From: Octopus sinensis | Lineage: Eukaryota | NCBI RefSeq assembly: GCF_006345805.1 | Contig: NC_042997.1 | Coordinates: forward strand, 158,968,001 to 159,032,000 | Direction: 5' to 3' | Length of the DNA: 64,000 nt | Part shown: one piece after another, positions 43,025 to 56,028 of the stretch | Layout of the letters: each line of letters starts with the position of its first letter | Numbering within the stretch: the stretch's first letter is position 1 | Made by a program: the position numbers and the translations under genes | Notes under the pieces: model-generated | What the model was told of the DNA's origin: nothing | The model's input: only the letters and a program-made list of their open reading frames with translations | Databases searched by the model: none

Positions 43025-43326
43025 AAATGGGTAAAGACTCCCTTCGGTCACGAAAAATCAGGAGATTACGCCTGAAAGTTCTCCTCCCGAGGCACAAATC
43101 CGGGGAAGGTTGTTTGTGGAAGATCAGCAGTCATCCATGCATACCAGTCCAGTCTTCCTTCTTCAAACCATTGATATTGTCACCAGCTTGGCACCTGTCA
43201 AGTCGCAACTCATTTCTACAGCTGAGTGAACTGGAGGTACGTGAAATAAAGAACACAACACATAGCCCGAACTCACAACCATACGATTGTGAGCCCGACG
43301 ACCTAACCACTGATCCATGTGTCTTC
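43025..43326 (-). mobile_element. tRNA-head SINE (family 3) with (CATA)n tail
   Basis: Minus strand gaagacacatggatcagtggttagg..gtgagttcgggc head, central ttcactcagctgtagaaatgag, tail ..gaccgaagggagtctttaccc. Confidence 0.65.
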
Positions 43327-44564
43327 ACACACACACACGACATACACACACACACATATATATGCACACACACATATAAGTATACATGTATATATATTAT
43401 GTATATGCATTTGTACACATATATTACTTTTAATCATTCTTTTAGTCATATTTCCTTTTATATTTATATTTAGTTTGCAGCAATTGTGCTTCTAAATTTA
43501 TTAGTCCTTTAACATTTCAAATCTTTCACGAAATTATCATAAAATAAAATTATGGCAATATGCTTTGCAGCAGGTCACAAAGAATCAGAGAAATACAGTT
43601 ACAAATGATGAGATCAATGCCAGATGTAACAATTACAAAACAGTAAAGACTTGGCTGATGTTATTATTTTACTTGAGCCGTAGTATCAATGGCGATGTTT
43701 CTCGGAATACCTGGAACATCTTACGAGTCAGCCACATAATCCTGATTATTTAATTTGAATAACTACATTGGTTCTTAGAACAAAGCATTTCGTTTGCTTC
43801 AGTGAAGTGACAAATAGCTGAACCACACGTTCTTTTACAACAGGCTTTATGGATAAAGTTATCGTCATATTATTAATATCCATCAGAAAGAGAAGACGAT
43901 TTACTCAAACATCAGTTGTTGATTCTTTCATTTCAAAAGACACACGACTTAATCGCCGAGCTTATATAGAATAGATTTTGAATTCATACCCATTGTACTT
44001 ACGAGTAATATTAAAAAACAATGTTTGATTTTTCTTTCGAAATATCATTAACCAATGTATGTTATTAAACAAACTATTGCTTATGCAATAGCACGCAATA
44101 TTCTTTGTGAAGGAAAAGTGGACCACGACACAGGAAAACAGACAAATGTTAACAGCAATAATTTTCTATAATTTATCAAGAGAGGGCGAGGTACCTACAG
44201 TGTGTATAAATGCATATAGACAGCGATTTCCGTGTCTATTCAAGAATCTCAGATGAAAAAAATATTTTAATGTATGATATACATCCGAACCAAAGTTACT
44301 TTCGATATGCTATATTTTATCCAAATGGTGAATCTTGCTGCCCACATGATTTGGAAGTTGCTGAAAGAAAAATAAAAGATAATAGCTGAAATGTGATTAC
44401 ACTATAGCAACAAAAAGAATGGCAAACTGCAGCAAGATATGAATTTAATCCTTCTATGCATAGTGGTAGTCTATATTCACAGAGGCAGTATAAAGACATC
44501 TGCAGCTAATCATTACCGGCTATAGCATACTTAACCAAAGGCGGTGAATACACACCTATCGCAC

Positions 44565-44623
<59 letters not shown>

Positions 44624-44661
44624 CATATATATATATATATAATATATATATATATATATAC

Positions 44662-44964
<303 letters not shown>

Positions 44965-45029
44965 CATACATACATATAAATATAAAGCGAGAGAGTGAGA
45001 GAGAAAATATAAGATTATATATATTTTTT

Positions 45030-45233
45030 TTATTTTACTTGCTTCCGTCATTAGACAGTGGCCATACTGGGACAGCGCCTTGAACCCAGTACTTAGTCTC
45101 TTGCTCTCTTTTTGCCGAAATGCTAAGTTACCAAACCGTAACCAAACTAAAACCAATTGTCATGTTGATGGGAGGGGGCAAGCATAAAGACAAAGGAACA
45201 CACACACACACGCGCACATATGTAATGATAGAC

Positions 45234-45300
<67 letters not shown>

Positions 45301-45490
45301 CTGACAGACATACATACATACATACAGACAGGCAAAGATTGATGAGTTTCTTCCAGTTTCTGTTTGCCAAATCTACTCACAAAGCTTTGATCGGTCCGAG
45401 TCTACAGTAAAAGACACTTACCCAAGGTTCATGCATTGGAATTGAACCTGAAACCATGTGATTGGGTAGGAACCTTCTTACCACACACCC
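45030..45490 (-). mobile_element. diverged family 1 SINE with internal (GATA)n
   Basis: Reverse-complement similarity to 37872-38285. Confidence 0.75.
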
Positions 45491-45599
45491 ACATATATAT
45501 AATATGCATGTGTGTATGTTTTTGTATGTGTATTGCTGTTTATGTGTATGTGAGTTCTATACGTGTATGCGACTGCTTGTATGTTTTCAACCAAGGAAC

Positions 45600-47460
45600 C
45601 TGAAATAGAGAATTTATGGAAAGCTTTACAAGATTTTCCTTGTACCACTAATCGATTGCATTTGGTGAATGCAAAACAGTTTGCATTGTTATCTTTAGAA
45701 GAATCACAGTATTTGTAGACTTCTATGCGAATATGTCGTTGTGTAGACCCGGTAAAAACGAAAATCAATTTCCCGGATATAAGAGCAGTAGGTTTCTCAT
45801 TAGTTCTTCACAGATTTTCTCCTTTTCCCCAATATTTAACATCTCCATAACAGTGAAATACTTCTGCTTCCTGTCACATAGAACAGTACCTGGCTCAATG
45901 TGTTCTTTGAGGGGATATTCCACCAGTATTTTTTTTAATACATTCTTGTTCTAGAGTGCATTAAATAAAACCAGTAAAATAATCCTTTCTATGTAAAGTA
46001 TTGTAGAGGGCTTTATCGACTATGTTCTACCTCATGTATAGACCTCTATCTCAAGTATAGGTCTAGAAGCAACGTTTTTTTCTCTTGTTGATCAGATATC
46101 TAATAGCTATTTTTCTGATCCTGTATGGGAAAGGTGTATTCTTCTGGGTGAGATATGATGCATTTATCATAGATCCACAAGAATATACTATTCAAATCAA
46201 TGTTGATTGTACTTCCTAGCTTGCAGTTTATTAGTCACATGATTTTCTGTTAGTATGATGAGTATTTCTCTTCGAAGTCTCTGCATGGTTAGTCCAACCA
46301 TTTGTTCATCACCTCTTCAGGAGTTCTTTGTTTACTTTCATGATGTTATTCCGTCTAAATCGCTACTGCCGATATTATATGTCGTTGGAGAGCTCTTTGC
46401 ACAGTAACTACTCTGAAACTCATTTAACTATATTGCACCATATTTATATCCTTTACATTCTAGACTTCACCTCCAAAATAACCTGAGAGAAGGGACGTTT
46501 ATGACCTATGATATACAACTTGTACTTAATGCAAACTTGTGATTAGGTCATACGTTCTACTAAGTTCTTACAATAAAGAAGTTTTAACTCTCCCCTCACT
46601 AACGCATTTATTCTCGACAGTTCTAGTAGAACTTAATCTTTCATAAAGTCGTAGCTGCAAGTTTGCGGATTTATTATTCTCTTTGTCCTCGGTGATAATA
46701 TCTAATTGTTCAAAAGGTTTTCGGAGTCTACTAACATTTATCAGGAGAGAAGTCATCCGTTTTGCTTGGGTCTTTTCTTTATGATCGATCTCCTGTTAAT
46801 TTCTTTTGGTGAATTGTAACAGCAGCACAGTATAGCAGGACATCCAATGTCCAAAAGCTGTAATTTTCGATCTGTGCTCGATATGCGTGAGCAAATTAGT
46901 CGATGACGGATAATCAAGTTGGTAGGTTTTCTATCGATTCGTGTCATAATTATTCTGTCATGTAATTATTTATTAATATAAATGATGTAGCTTTGTTTTG
47001 AATGTTGCTGTTAACTGTGATTTGAGTTGTTTATATTTTTCACACATTTCTGTTAGTTCATTAGCAACTACAACACATTAGTGTTCTGCTTACGGTTTCT
47101 GAGGCTAGGAATCTACTGGTCTGTTAAGGCTTTTATTTCGTGTGCGATGTTGATGGGCTCATTAAAGTTGACTTATCGTAGGTCTTTAGCACCAAAATAC
47201 AAATAGTGGGGACATTCAGATCTCTGTTACTTTTCGTCAATTTTCCTGTCGTTTATCTAGGGATCTACCCTAACTTTTCAATAGCTCTGATGCCTTGATT
47301 CAGTTCAAAGGTCCAATGAAATTTCTCTTCATAACTCCACAACCAGCGATTGCTGACCCTGTCACTTGCTTCCTGTCTAGCTATGGTATATGTGACAGTA
47401 CTTCCATGAGTTTGAATTTCACTTTATTTTCACTGACTGAATAGTTTTACAGTCTTCTCT
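45600..47460 (-). mobile_element. old, degenerate RLE retrotransposon related to family H
   Basis: Broken frames give KYWWNIP, EKEKICEELMRNLLLLYPG and SHPEEYTFPIQDQ, paralleling 39335-39745. Confidence 0.65.
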
Positions 47461-47979
47461 TAAAAGGATGGGGTATATTGGCACCTATCTGAAGAAGATA
47501 AACAAAGTTTAATTAGACTTCTGTAAATAGCAGAAGTTAAAAGATTAATACGGCAATGCGACTGATTTAGACTCCATATTGTATGTGTGTTTGCATTTAA
47601 ATAAGCACACCACACACACACACACACGTCAGTTATTCATCAGTATAAAGAAAGGCACACTCTAAAAAAGCATATTGAGCAGTAATATTTTAGTCGTTGG
47701 TTATGGCCAGTGAGAAAGTTACCATTGGTTTCACGTATTTTATTGCTCTGCTGGTTGGAGGACGTAACCTCTTTACTCATGTATTCTTACTTTCATTAAT
47801 AAAAAGGTTATATGCTTCTGACCAGCAGGTCTGATTAGTCACCTGTATTGCCAAGAGCAATAACACTGTAACACAATGTTTGTGCTTGGGTAATAACTGT
47901 TATTTCCTATTTGCTTACTCATAGAAAGTATGGAAATTGCTAACGTTTCCTTAAAATTTTGCTTTTGTTACATTTATTC

Positions 47980-48140
47980 AAACCTCAAGAATCTCTCTCA
48001 ATACATGGCTAAAAGTTGCTTTCCTACTACTCCTACTCCTGATCAGAGATGCACATATAGCCAGATACTAAGGGACATACTCAAGTGGTTAAGATCAAGC
48101 AACTAAGAAGCAAATCTATTGAGCAGAATACTTGCTATAA
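47980..48140 (-). mobile_element. internal fragment of the S1 non-coding element family
   Basis: acatggct..gatcagagatgcacatat..ctaagggacat..tggttaag matches 60340-60490. Confidence 0.7.
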
Positions 48141-48614
48141 CGATATATCTGCTCCAGCAACTCAGCACTGAATCTGTCTGAATTGTAATTAAAAATACAT
48201 GAGTTTCAAAATATTGATGCCCGAGTCACAAAAGCAAAGTTTGAAGGGAACAGTAGTTATTTTCTATTGATTTCTAGATAGAAACAAATAGGAAATAATA
48301 CTCACTGGCCAAAGACGAAAATAAATTTTAATGTTGCTACACTGTGTAATATACGTGAAAAAATGTTAACTTCCTGACCGGTCATAACCTACACGTACTG
48401 TTTTCGCTGTGTTATGTATTTATTTCTTATTTACATTTCTTTTTATTGATCTTCTATGATAATGAAGTTGTATCCCTTAATTTGCTGCTTTTGTATACAC
48501 ATACCGGGAAGAAAACTTGCGGAACACGCGTTATTTTAGCAGGATACATCTTGTAATCACCTGAAGAGACACATCTACACCGATGGATACTCCTAAACCA
48601 GTTGTTCAGCACCC

Positions 48615-48659
48615 CACTCGTGAAGGATCGATGCTAGATGGGTCGGAACAATTGTAGTG
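48615..48659 (+). ncRNA. degenerate minimal hammerhead-like motif followed by AATAAA
   Basis: CAC-(tcgtgaa)g-GATC..GGTC-GGAAC-AATT-GTA-GTG: palindromic ACAATTGT (48648-48655), stem I CAC/GTG, AATAAA at 48663; core damaged. Confidence 0.35.
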
Positions 48660-49289
48660 ATCAATAAACATTCTCGTATCTTCCATATTCCGTCTCTCTC
48701 ATTAATTAATTATCTGTGTATGCGTGTGTATCATCTATGTATGCAGGTATATATACAAATATATATATATATAATATATTTATAATTGCTAATAACCATT
48801 ACCTAAAACTGTATTTTCATTTGATTATTTAATGCTATTCTATTTTCATCTTACCCCCATTCTTGACAAACTGGAATACACTAACACCCTTGATTGGGGA
48901 TTTTTCCACACTTTTACATCTTTCTAACTTCACCCTCTCTGATAACTGTATGATCAGCCTATGGAATCCTTACTGAATATGATGGTTCAGATGCTTGGCT
49001 ACTCTAGAAATAGCTATAAGAGACTCTGTATATCTATATTCCCTATCTAAATTAAATGTCTTTTTCAAGTGATGCCAAACAGCTTGCTTTATGTTTTTAC
49101 TTTAGCCTTTATCTACCAGCTCAAGAAACAGCCATCTCTAGCCACTTCTCATAGGCAGTCACATCACCTCGTTCAGGTGCGCTTCAAACCGGACTTTCAG
49201 CAGTAAATCAAAAAGCACAGATAGTACAGACCTAAGTCAGTTAACAAAAAGCTCCTTACATATTTTCTACATTCATATAATGAAAATCG

Positions 49290-49670
49290 TCTCAATGCAT
49301 CGTATAAACTACTGAAAAGGCTGAAAATCCTTGAAGACCTTGTACCAAACTTTGATATTGAAGGTTACACAAGTTGGAGAACGGGGCGCCACGCCATAGT
49401 GTCAAAGATTTCACCCTTGCCATCAAAATGCAGGACCAGATACTGCAACAGCTTAGTTTTCAAGGGCCCACAGCTCTTCAATATCCTTCCAAAATGCCTG
49501 AGAGGCCTGCATGGTGTGAATGTAGGTGTCTTCAAAACAAATCTGGGTTTCCTCCTGTCAAGGGTTCCAGATGAGTCGACCTCACGGCAGGAAACACGGA
49601 TGAGGACAGCACCATTAAACTCCATTCACCAAATGTCACATATCAGAAGAGGAGTAATAATGATGTAGCA
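49290..49670 (+). mobile_element. CR1-like LINE 3' fragment
   Basis: KILEDLVPNF..GRH then ORF 49399..49668 GPQLFNILPKCLRGL..FKTNL..LLSRVPDE. Confidence 0.8.
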
Positions 49671-49733
49671 CAACTAACTGTGGTACCCCAGCATGACCGC
49701 GGCTTTAAAGATGAAACAAGTTAAAGAGTTATA

Positions 49734-49806
<73 letters not shown>

Positions 49807-50262
49807 GGATGGTCATTTTTTTGCCAAGTATATAAACAAATAATTTTCTGACCGGCCATAGTTAACGACTACACACGCACACATACATATCGTGCATACA
49901 TATGTGTATGTGTATATATTATCAGAAATATCTACAATATAGATTAGTAACATTGTCTTGAATATACAGCAATTACGTCTATCAATTAACTTATATATTG
50001 TTTTTCTTTGGTTTGCTCTTCATTCTGGTCCGTGACTTTTTTTATGCCCAGTGCACGTGCTTGTGACCACGATAATGTGCGTGTGAACGTCTGTGATTAT
50101 ATATCTCGATTTCGGATAGAATCTCATCTGTCTGGGTATCTATTTTTCCCTCCTTTTGATCACAATGTCTGAATTCTGACTTCAGTCAGTTTGGATAATT
50201 TAGTTTCTATTTTGGGGTTATTTGTAATCGTGTAGAATGAGTATGCGTATTTATACAAACAT

Positions 50263-50304
<42 letters not shown>

Positions 50305-50824
50305 TATAAGTGTGAGTCTGTGTGCTTATCTTATACATATATATATATATATATATATACATACTTATATGTGGGTGTGCATGTGTTTGTCTGGTGTGTG
50401 TGTGTGTGTCTGATGTGTGTGTGTGTGTGTGTGTTTGTGTATTATGTGTGCATGTCTATGTCTTTATGTATTTATACGTGTGATTTTGTTTCGCATTTGT
50501 AGATTTGTTTGTGTTTCTTCTTTTCATATCGTTATATCATATAACAGAATAATTGCTTTACTATCGTTTGGTTACACACATTTATATATAAATAGCTTTA
50601 TTTCTTACGAGCTTTGTATTAGAACTGAGGCCATGCTGAGGAATCTCATTCAAGAATTCTAATCACTTATACTGACAGTAGCTCTTTGTCTGGTACTTAA
50701 TTTATCGGTGTCAGAGACACAAAAGACAAAGTCTATATGTGTCCAAAGGATATAAGCTAGGTAATTTTGTTCATTACACTCTCATACACATACACGCGCA
50801 TTACATTCTCTCAAGACACACACT

Positions 50825-50873
50825 AATATATATATATATATTATATATATATATAATATATAATATATATATG

Positions 50874-50920
<47 letters not shown>

Positions 50921-51060
50921 ATATATATATATATATTATAATATATATATATATATACCTTGCATAACATCCGTCAGTAATTTTTAGTATCTACATTAGA
51001 TAGACACTAGCGTTAAGGTACACAGTATTACAAAAAAGGTGTGTGTATATATATATATAT

Positions 51061-51102
<42 letters not shown>

Positions 51103-51167
51103 TATGTATATATATATATATATATATATACTATATATATATATATCTATATATATATATATATATT

Positions 51168-51250
<83 letters not shown>
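50825..51250. repeat. long imperfect (TA)n tracts
   Basis: Direct reading. Confidence 0.95.
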
Positions 51251-51264
51251 CAATTATATATTGA

Positions 51265-52305
51265 TGATCTGGCTCTGAAGCTGTGAAGATTTCCTCTGTA
51301 GAAGTCGGTTGGTTGCTTCTGGAGCCAAGACGTTACCTCGGAAATAAGTTCATCATCATTCTAAAAGTGCTTCCCCTTCAAAAAAGACTTCATGATTGGA
51401 AAGATGGGGAAATCAGATAAGTGCGAGATCGGAAGAGTAAGGGCGTCCTGCAATTTCTGTAGCAGAGAAGCATAATATTCTCCGTTAATTGAAGTGCCAT
51501 TTGCCAGAAAATCTATCATAACTACTCCGCGCTGGTCCCAAAAGTCTGTGAGCATCATCTTGCCTGTTAAGGGTTGAACACGAGCCTTCTTTGGAGGTAG
51601 TGAGTTATCATGCTTCCATTGCTTCGACTGGACTTTAGTCTCAGAATCATAGTGAAAGTCCTATGTTTCATTCTGTGTGATAAGTCTCCCAAAAATGTCC
51701 TCCTCGTTTTCTTGGCACATCGCCAAATGAGCTTGGGAGCAACTGACTCGTTCCTGCTTCTGAAAAGGTGTGAGCGTCAGGGGGAATCCATCGTGCATAC
51801 AACTTCACGTGGTGCAAATGGTCGTAAATAATATTTTTCCACTGACCCTAAACTTATCTTCACTTCTTGGGATAGTTGCCGAATAATTATACAGTGATCC
51901 TCCAAAATGGTGGCTTCCACTTTATTGATGGTGTCGTCATCAATGGCGGAATGTGATCGTCCAGGAATAGGAGCAGTTTCCATCGATGTCCGACCACATT
52001 TGAACTGCCAATTCCAGTGTGTAGTATAATGGTGCATCGTCAGGAAAAACTTATTTCATCTCTTCAAAAGTTTCTTTTGGTGAACAACCTTTCATGTATA
52101 AGAACATGATTATTGATCTGCATTCAACGGCCTCCGTTACAACACCTTAGTCCACTTCAGCAGCCGTAAAAAACAAATGAATACTAGTGGAAAACTGCAA
52201 TTTACAATGTGACATGTAGAGACGAGTATGATTATAACTGTTCAAATTCTGTTTCCTATAATAACCGGAAGTGGATCAGGGAAAATCTTTAATTAACACG
52301 TCTCG
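51265..52305 (-). mobile_element. second mariner relic (different subfamily), internally deleted
   Basis: ORFs 51777..52037 (W.WQFKCGRTSME.API.GR..) and 51361..51558 (MLTDFWDQRGVVMIDFL..TSINGEYYASLL); 5' TIR-like TACGAGACGTGTT at about 52295-52307; other TIR not seen. Confidence 0.85.
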
Positions 52306-52309
52306 TACA

Positions 52310-52340
<31 letters not shown>

Positions 52341-53299
52341 GCATGTACGTTTATATACATAGACATGTGGTATTATGTTACTCACAAACGCGCTCTAGCC
52401 TCTTGCTGTTCACTGGTGCATTGTCCCTTATGTGTGCCTACTCCACCGTTACTATCATGCCCCTTGATCCAGAGACTTTATCAACCGTTTTCTATCAGAC
52501 GTTTCAGCCATCACAGTAATCACTACCTCTATCCTGTTTCCATATTATTGGTTTCCAGAATCCATTCCCGTCCGCTATTTTCTTTGTTTCATTTTCCCGC
52601 CCGCAATGGTTCACAAGGAATACTATTTCAGTCAGTCTTACCTGTCCAGGTTCTACGCGCGCGCGTGTATGTATGTATGTATGTTTCTGTGTGTGTGTGC
52701 GTGTGTGTATAAGCCTATGTGAGAGTTTCTCTCATAGTATCTCATAGTAAAGTTTATTCTAATAGAACATCCACGTTCAAGTGGAAATAAATATTACTTC
52801 CCGGTATTAGTACTGCCTCTATCGCTTATGTATATATTTTTTATGAGAATGTTAGTCGATTTTCTTTTATGATCTATTAAAAACATAACTATGTTCAATG
52901 TTTATCTTGTTTTAGTTAAGAAATTTCATTTTTCCTCAGTACTTTAACTTACGTTTCTAACAACAACTAAATACGTTTCGTGAATTTCCCATTGTTATTT
53001 ATAAAATAAGCTGCCTTAACAGTGGGTTATCCCACGTTCTGCAGTTAAAAGGCAAAGGGTTTTGCGATGATGTTAGAATAGATAATAATCAACATCGCCG
53101 AATTTAAAATTATATAACGATAAATCCGAGGAAATTTCACACCCTCGTGTGCATTTTACATGGGTTCTGTTAAATTTCAGTTTGTTTTTAATTATTAGTA
53201 AAACTTCCAGAGTTCTCATTTCTTTCTGGGATTCTATATTAAATCAAAACGTTATTAACTCGTATGACTTCATTCAAGTTTTCCGGCTAGAAAGTGTTA

Positions 53300-54289
53300 T
53301 ATACAGGTTTTAAGTACATATGTGCTGCGGTAGAAGACATGCAAGTACCGCACCCAAAACTGTGTTGCAGGAGCGGTTGTAGGAGGTATATAGATGTCCA
53401 TGCCTGTGAGCATTGTTGTATAAGGTTTCATATACATATTTAAAGTACCAATACCACACAAGCCCACAAACCCACGCGCACACGTACATACATACATACA
53501 TATATACATACATACATACATATATACATACATACATACATACATACATACATGATGGCTGCCCCCTCGTTATCGAGTATGGCCATTGCACGAAGCTTAA
53601 CTGTTATTGGTGCTGTGATCGAATGTGACTTTTTAGCCCACGTACATACATACATACATACATACATACATACATACATACATACATACATACATACATA
53701 CATACATACATACATACATACATACATACATACATACATGGTGGCTGTCCCCTCGTTATCGAGTATGGCCATTGCACGAAGCTTAATCAATGTTGTTATC
53801 GTGCAATGCCTGTGCAAAAAGATTTTTTTAAGTGGAGAAAGGCTGTACACTGAGTCAATTCTACTCACTAAGTAACAGCAGCAATAATCCGAAAAGAAGA
53901 ACAAGTCAACATCATCGGTAACCACTGAGCCGCAGGTTTTATATCGAAGTTATCCCAGTTACCTGAGTTGCCTTCTAGAAGGATGCCCTAACAAAGGCTA
54001 GGAGTCCTTTACTCCCAATGGTTTAACCGCGCGATCGGGTATTCAGTTCGATTATTTCTATGTTCCCGCGCATGATCCAGCCTTAAGACATTTATTGGAT
54101 GGCCGTTGACTCTCAAGAGTTCCTCCGCCCTTTGACGGGTTTTGTTTTTCATCCCGCAGGGTGTCCAATAAACACCCTCCTCACCAAGCAAGTTTGGTGG
54201 GGTTGCCGGTTTAGTCGCCGACGACCCGACCATGCAACAGGTTGTACTGGGTTGCATGTTATCAGTAGCACTCAAAAGTGGCCTGAGAT
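53300..54289 (-). mobile_element. 5' leader and APE start of an RTE-like LINE, fragmented by (TATG)n
   Basis: GC-rich hairpin-rich leader 53945-54289, a WNVRT-like remnant near 54000-54020 and LYTSY..NTVLGAVLACLLPQ (ORF 53310..53591) resembling the RTE GGVG-LL motif. Confidence 0.45.
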
Positions 54290-55238
54290 ACATACATACA
54301 TACATACATACATACATACATACATACATACATACATACATACATACATACATACATACGCGTATACATACATAAATGCTATATGTGTATATGCGTGTGT
54401 GCGCGTCAGAGAAGAGAGAGAAAGAGAGCATACATATGTTTAGGCCAACATATTTCAACAACCAGCTTATGGATGCGATGCTTATTCTCTCTAACACCTC
54501 TATAGCTACGACTATATTTGGACTCTATATCTCTGAACCATCTATCAGCATTTTCTCTCTCCATCAAGGTTTGCTACCCAATACGTTATTCATCTTTCCG
54601 TTTCCGTAGTGTACGTCATATTCCAGGCCCAGCAACAAACAATTCCGCCTTTTTTTCTCACCCATGCCCTTTTCTTTTTATCCTATAGACACCGACTGAA
54701 CATCAGCTGCATTCCGGCTGGCCTTCTGTATACAGAAAAAGAAAGCTAAGACAGACTCACACATTTAACAACACGCTAACGGACATAAAACCTCATTATT
54801 AACAAACACGCGCATAAAAGAAATTCACAAGTAATTAACTGAATTTAATATAGTTACACTACTTGTCTAGCACACTAGAAGATTTTGGTTGCTATAGGAA
54901 ACATTCTGTAAAATAATGAATCTTCTTTGAGACTTTGATCTCTTTCTCACCTCAAAACACAGTTTTTACACGGCCGTCAGCACTGCGTCAACTTATGTTG
55001 GATAGTTTGATCACTACTAAATCAAAGCAACACGCTACCCACACTCCTTTCATACAAGCGCTCAAGTCAGTTAAATGATCGTTCCGTTTACCAGTTAAGG
55101 CAGTGCTCCAGTATTGTCGTAATCAAATGACTGAAACAAGTAAAAAAAACATAAAAGAATAAAAGAATACATTATTAGCATCATCTTCATCATCATCATC
55201 ATCATCATCACCATTATTATTATTATTATTATTATTAT

Positions 55239-55425
55239 TCAGTAGTTTTATTTTTATAGCATGATTTCACTTCACTACCGAGCGCAGCTCTGTGTGTCTT
55301 GGGTATGTGCTGTGATTTGTTGTGATGCTCTGATGGTTATTGTATGGAAAGTGCTCTGCGTAGGATGTGTGCAGTGCCTAGTCGTGCAATTTTCTGTATG
55401 TTATATGTGTTTGTAAGTCCTGGTG

Positions 55426-55428
<3 letters not shown>
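55239..55428 (-). mobile_element. family A short 3' fragment (A6)
   Basis: KTPGLTNTYNIQKIA..LRRALSIQ plus the family A 3' UTR, between (ATT)n tracts. Confidence 0.92.
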
Positions 55429-55507
<79 letters not shown>

Positions 55508-55583
55508 CATCATTATTACTATTATTATCATCATCATCATTATTATTATTATTGTTGTTGTTGTTGTTGTTATCATTATTATT

Positions 55584-55829
55584 TGTTGTAGTGAAAATGG
55601 TACTCCCCTTCCCACGTGACAAAGTGATATACTGGCAGCCACTATAAAGTCATACAGTCAGTCGTTGTAGGAGGTCAGTGGTAGTAGAGTCGTTGTAAGA
55701 GTTCTCAGTTGGAATCTGAGTCAGTTACGTGATATATACGAGTTCGAGTTTACCGTCAAGGTAGACGGTTGAAAGTCATCGTCTTGGGGACCTCTCAAAG
55801 ATAATAAAACGCGGAATACCGCCACAACA
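55584..55829 (+). repeat. 5' LTR (246 bp)
   Basis: 6-bp terminal inverted repeat TGTTGT/ACAACA; TATA-like gatatata near 55731; AATAAA at 55803. Confidence 0.75.
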
Positions 55830-55835
55830 TATTAG

Positions 55836-55913
55836 TGGCGACAAGAGTATCACAATACCGACGACAACCCACAAGTAAACGAGGATCCACATTATAACAG
55901 TGGCGACAAGGAT
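55836..55913 (+). promoter_or_regulatory. two primer-binding-site copies (55836 and 55901)
   Basis: TGGCGACAAGAG and TGGCGACAAGGAT; the latter matches at 12/13 the complement of the usual eukaryotic tRNA-Ser(GCU) 3' end (TGGCGACGAGGAT, from memory). Confidence 0.65.
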
Positions 55914-56028
55914 ATTAAAAACTCGTGCGGACGACGTTGAAATTTTTTTCATGCGGAGAAATTAAAAACTCGACAGAGAAGTAACAAACATTATTGATGT
56001 ATATATTTTATGAAAAATCAGTAAAATT

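Noticed and set aside
50095-50135. Minus-strand CAGATGA..GAAATCGA as a fifth hammerhead
   Set aside because: U4 is changed, stem II is marginal and there is no stem I complement.
54640-54835. Strong polypyrimidine-AG followed by a GTAATT as a coding exon
   Set aside because: All three frames contain stops before the donor; no supporting evidence.
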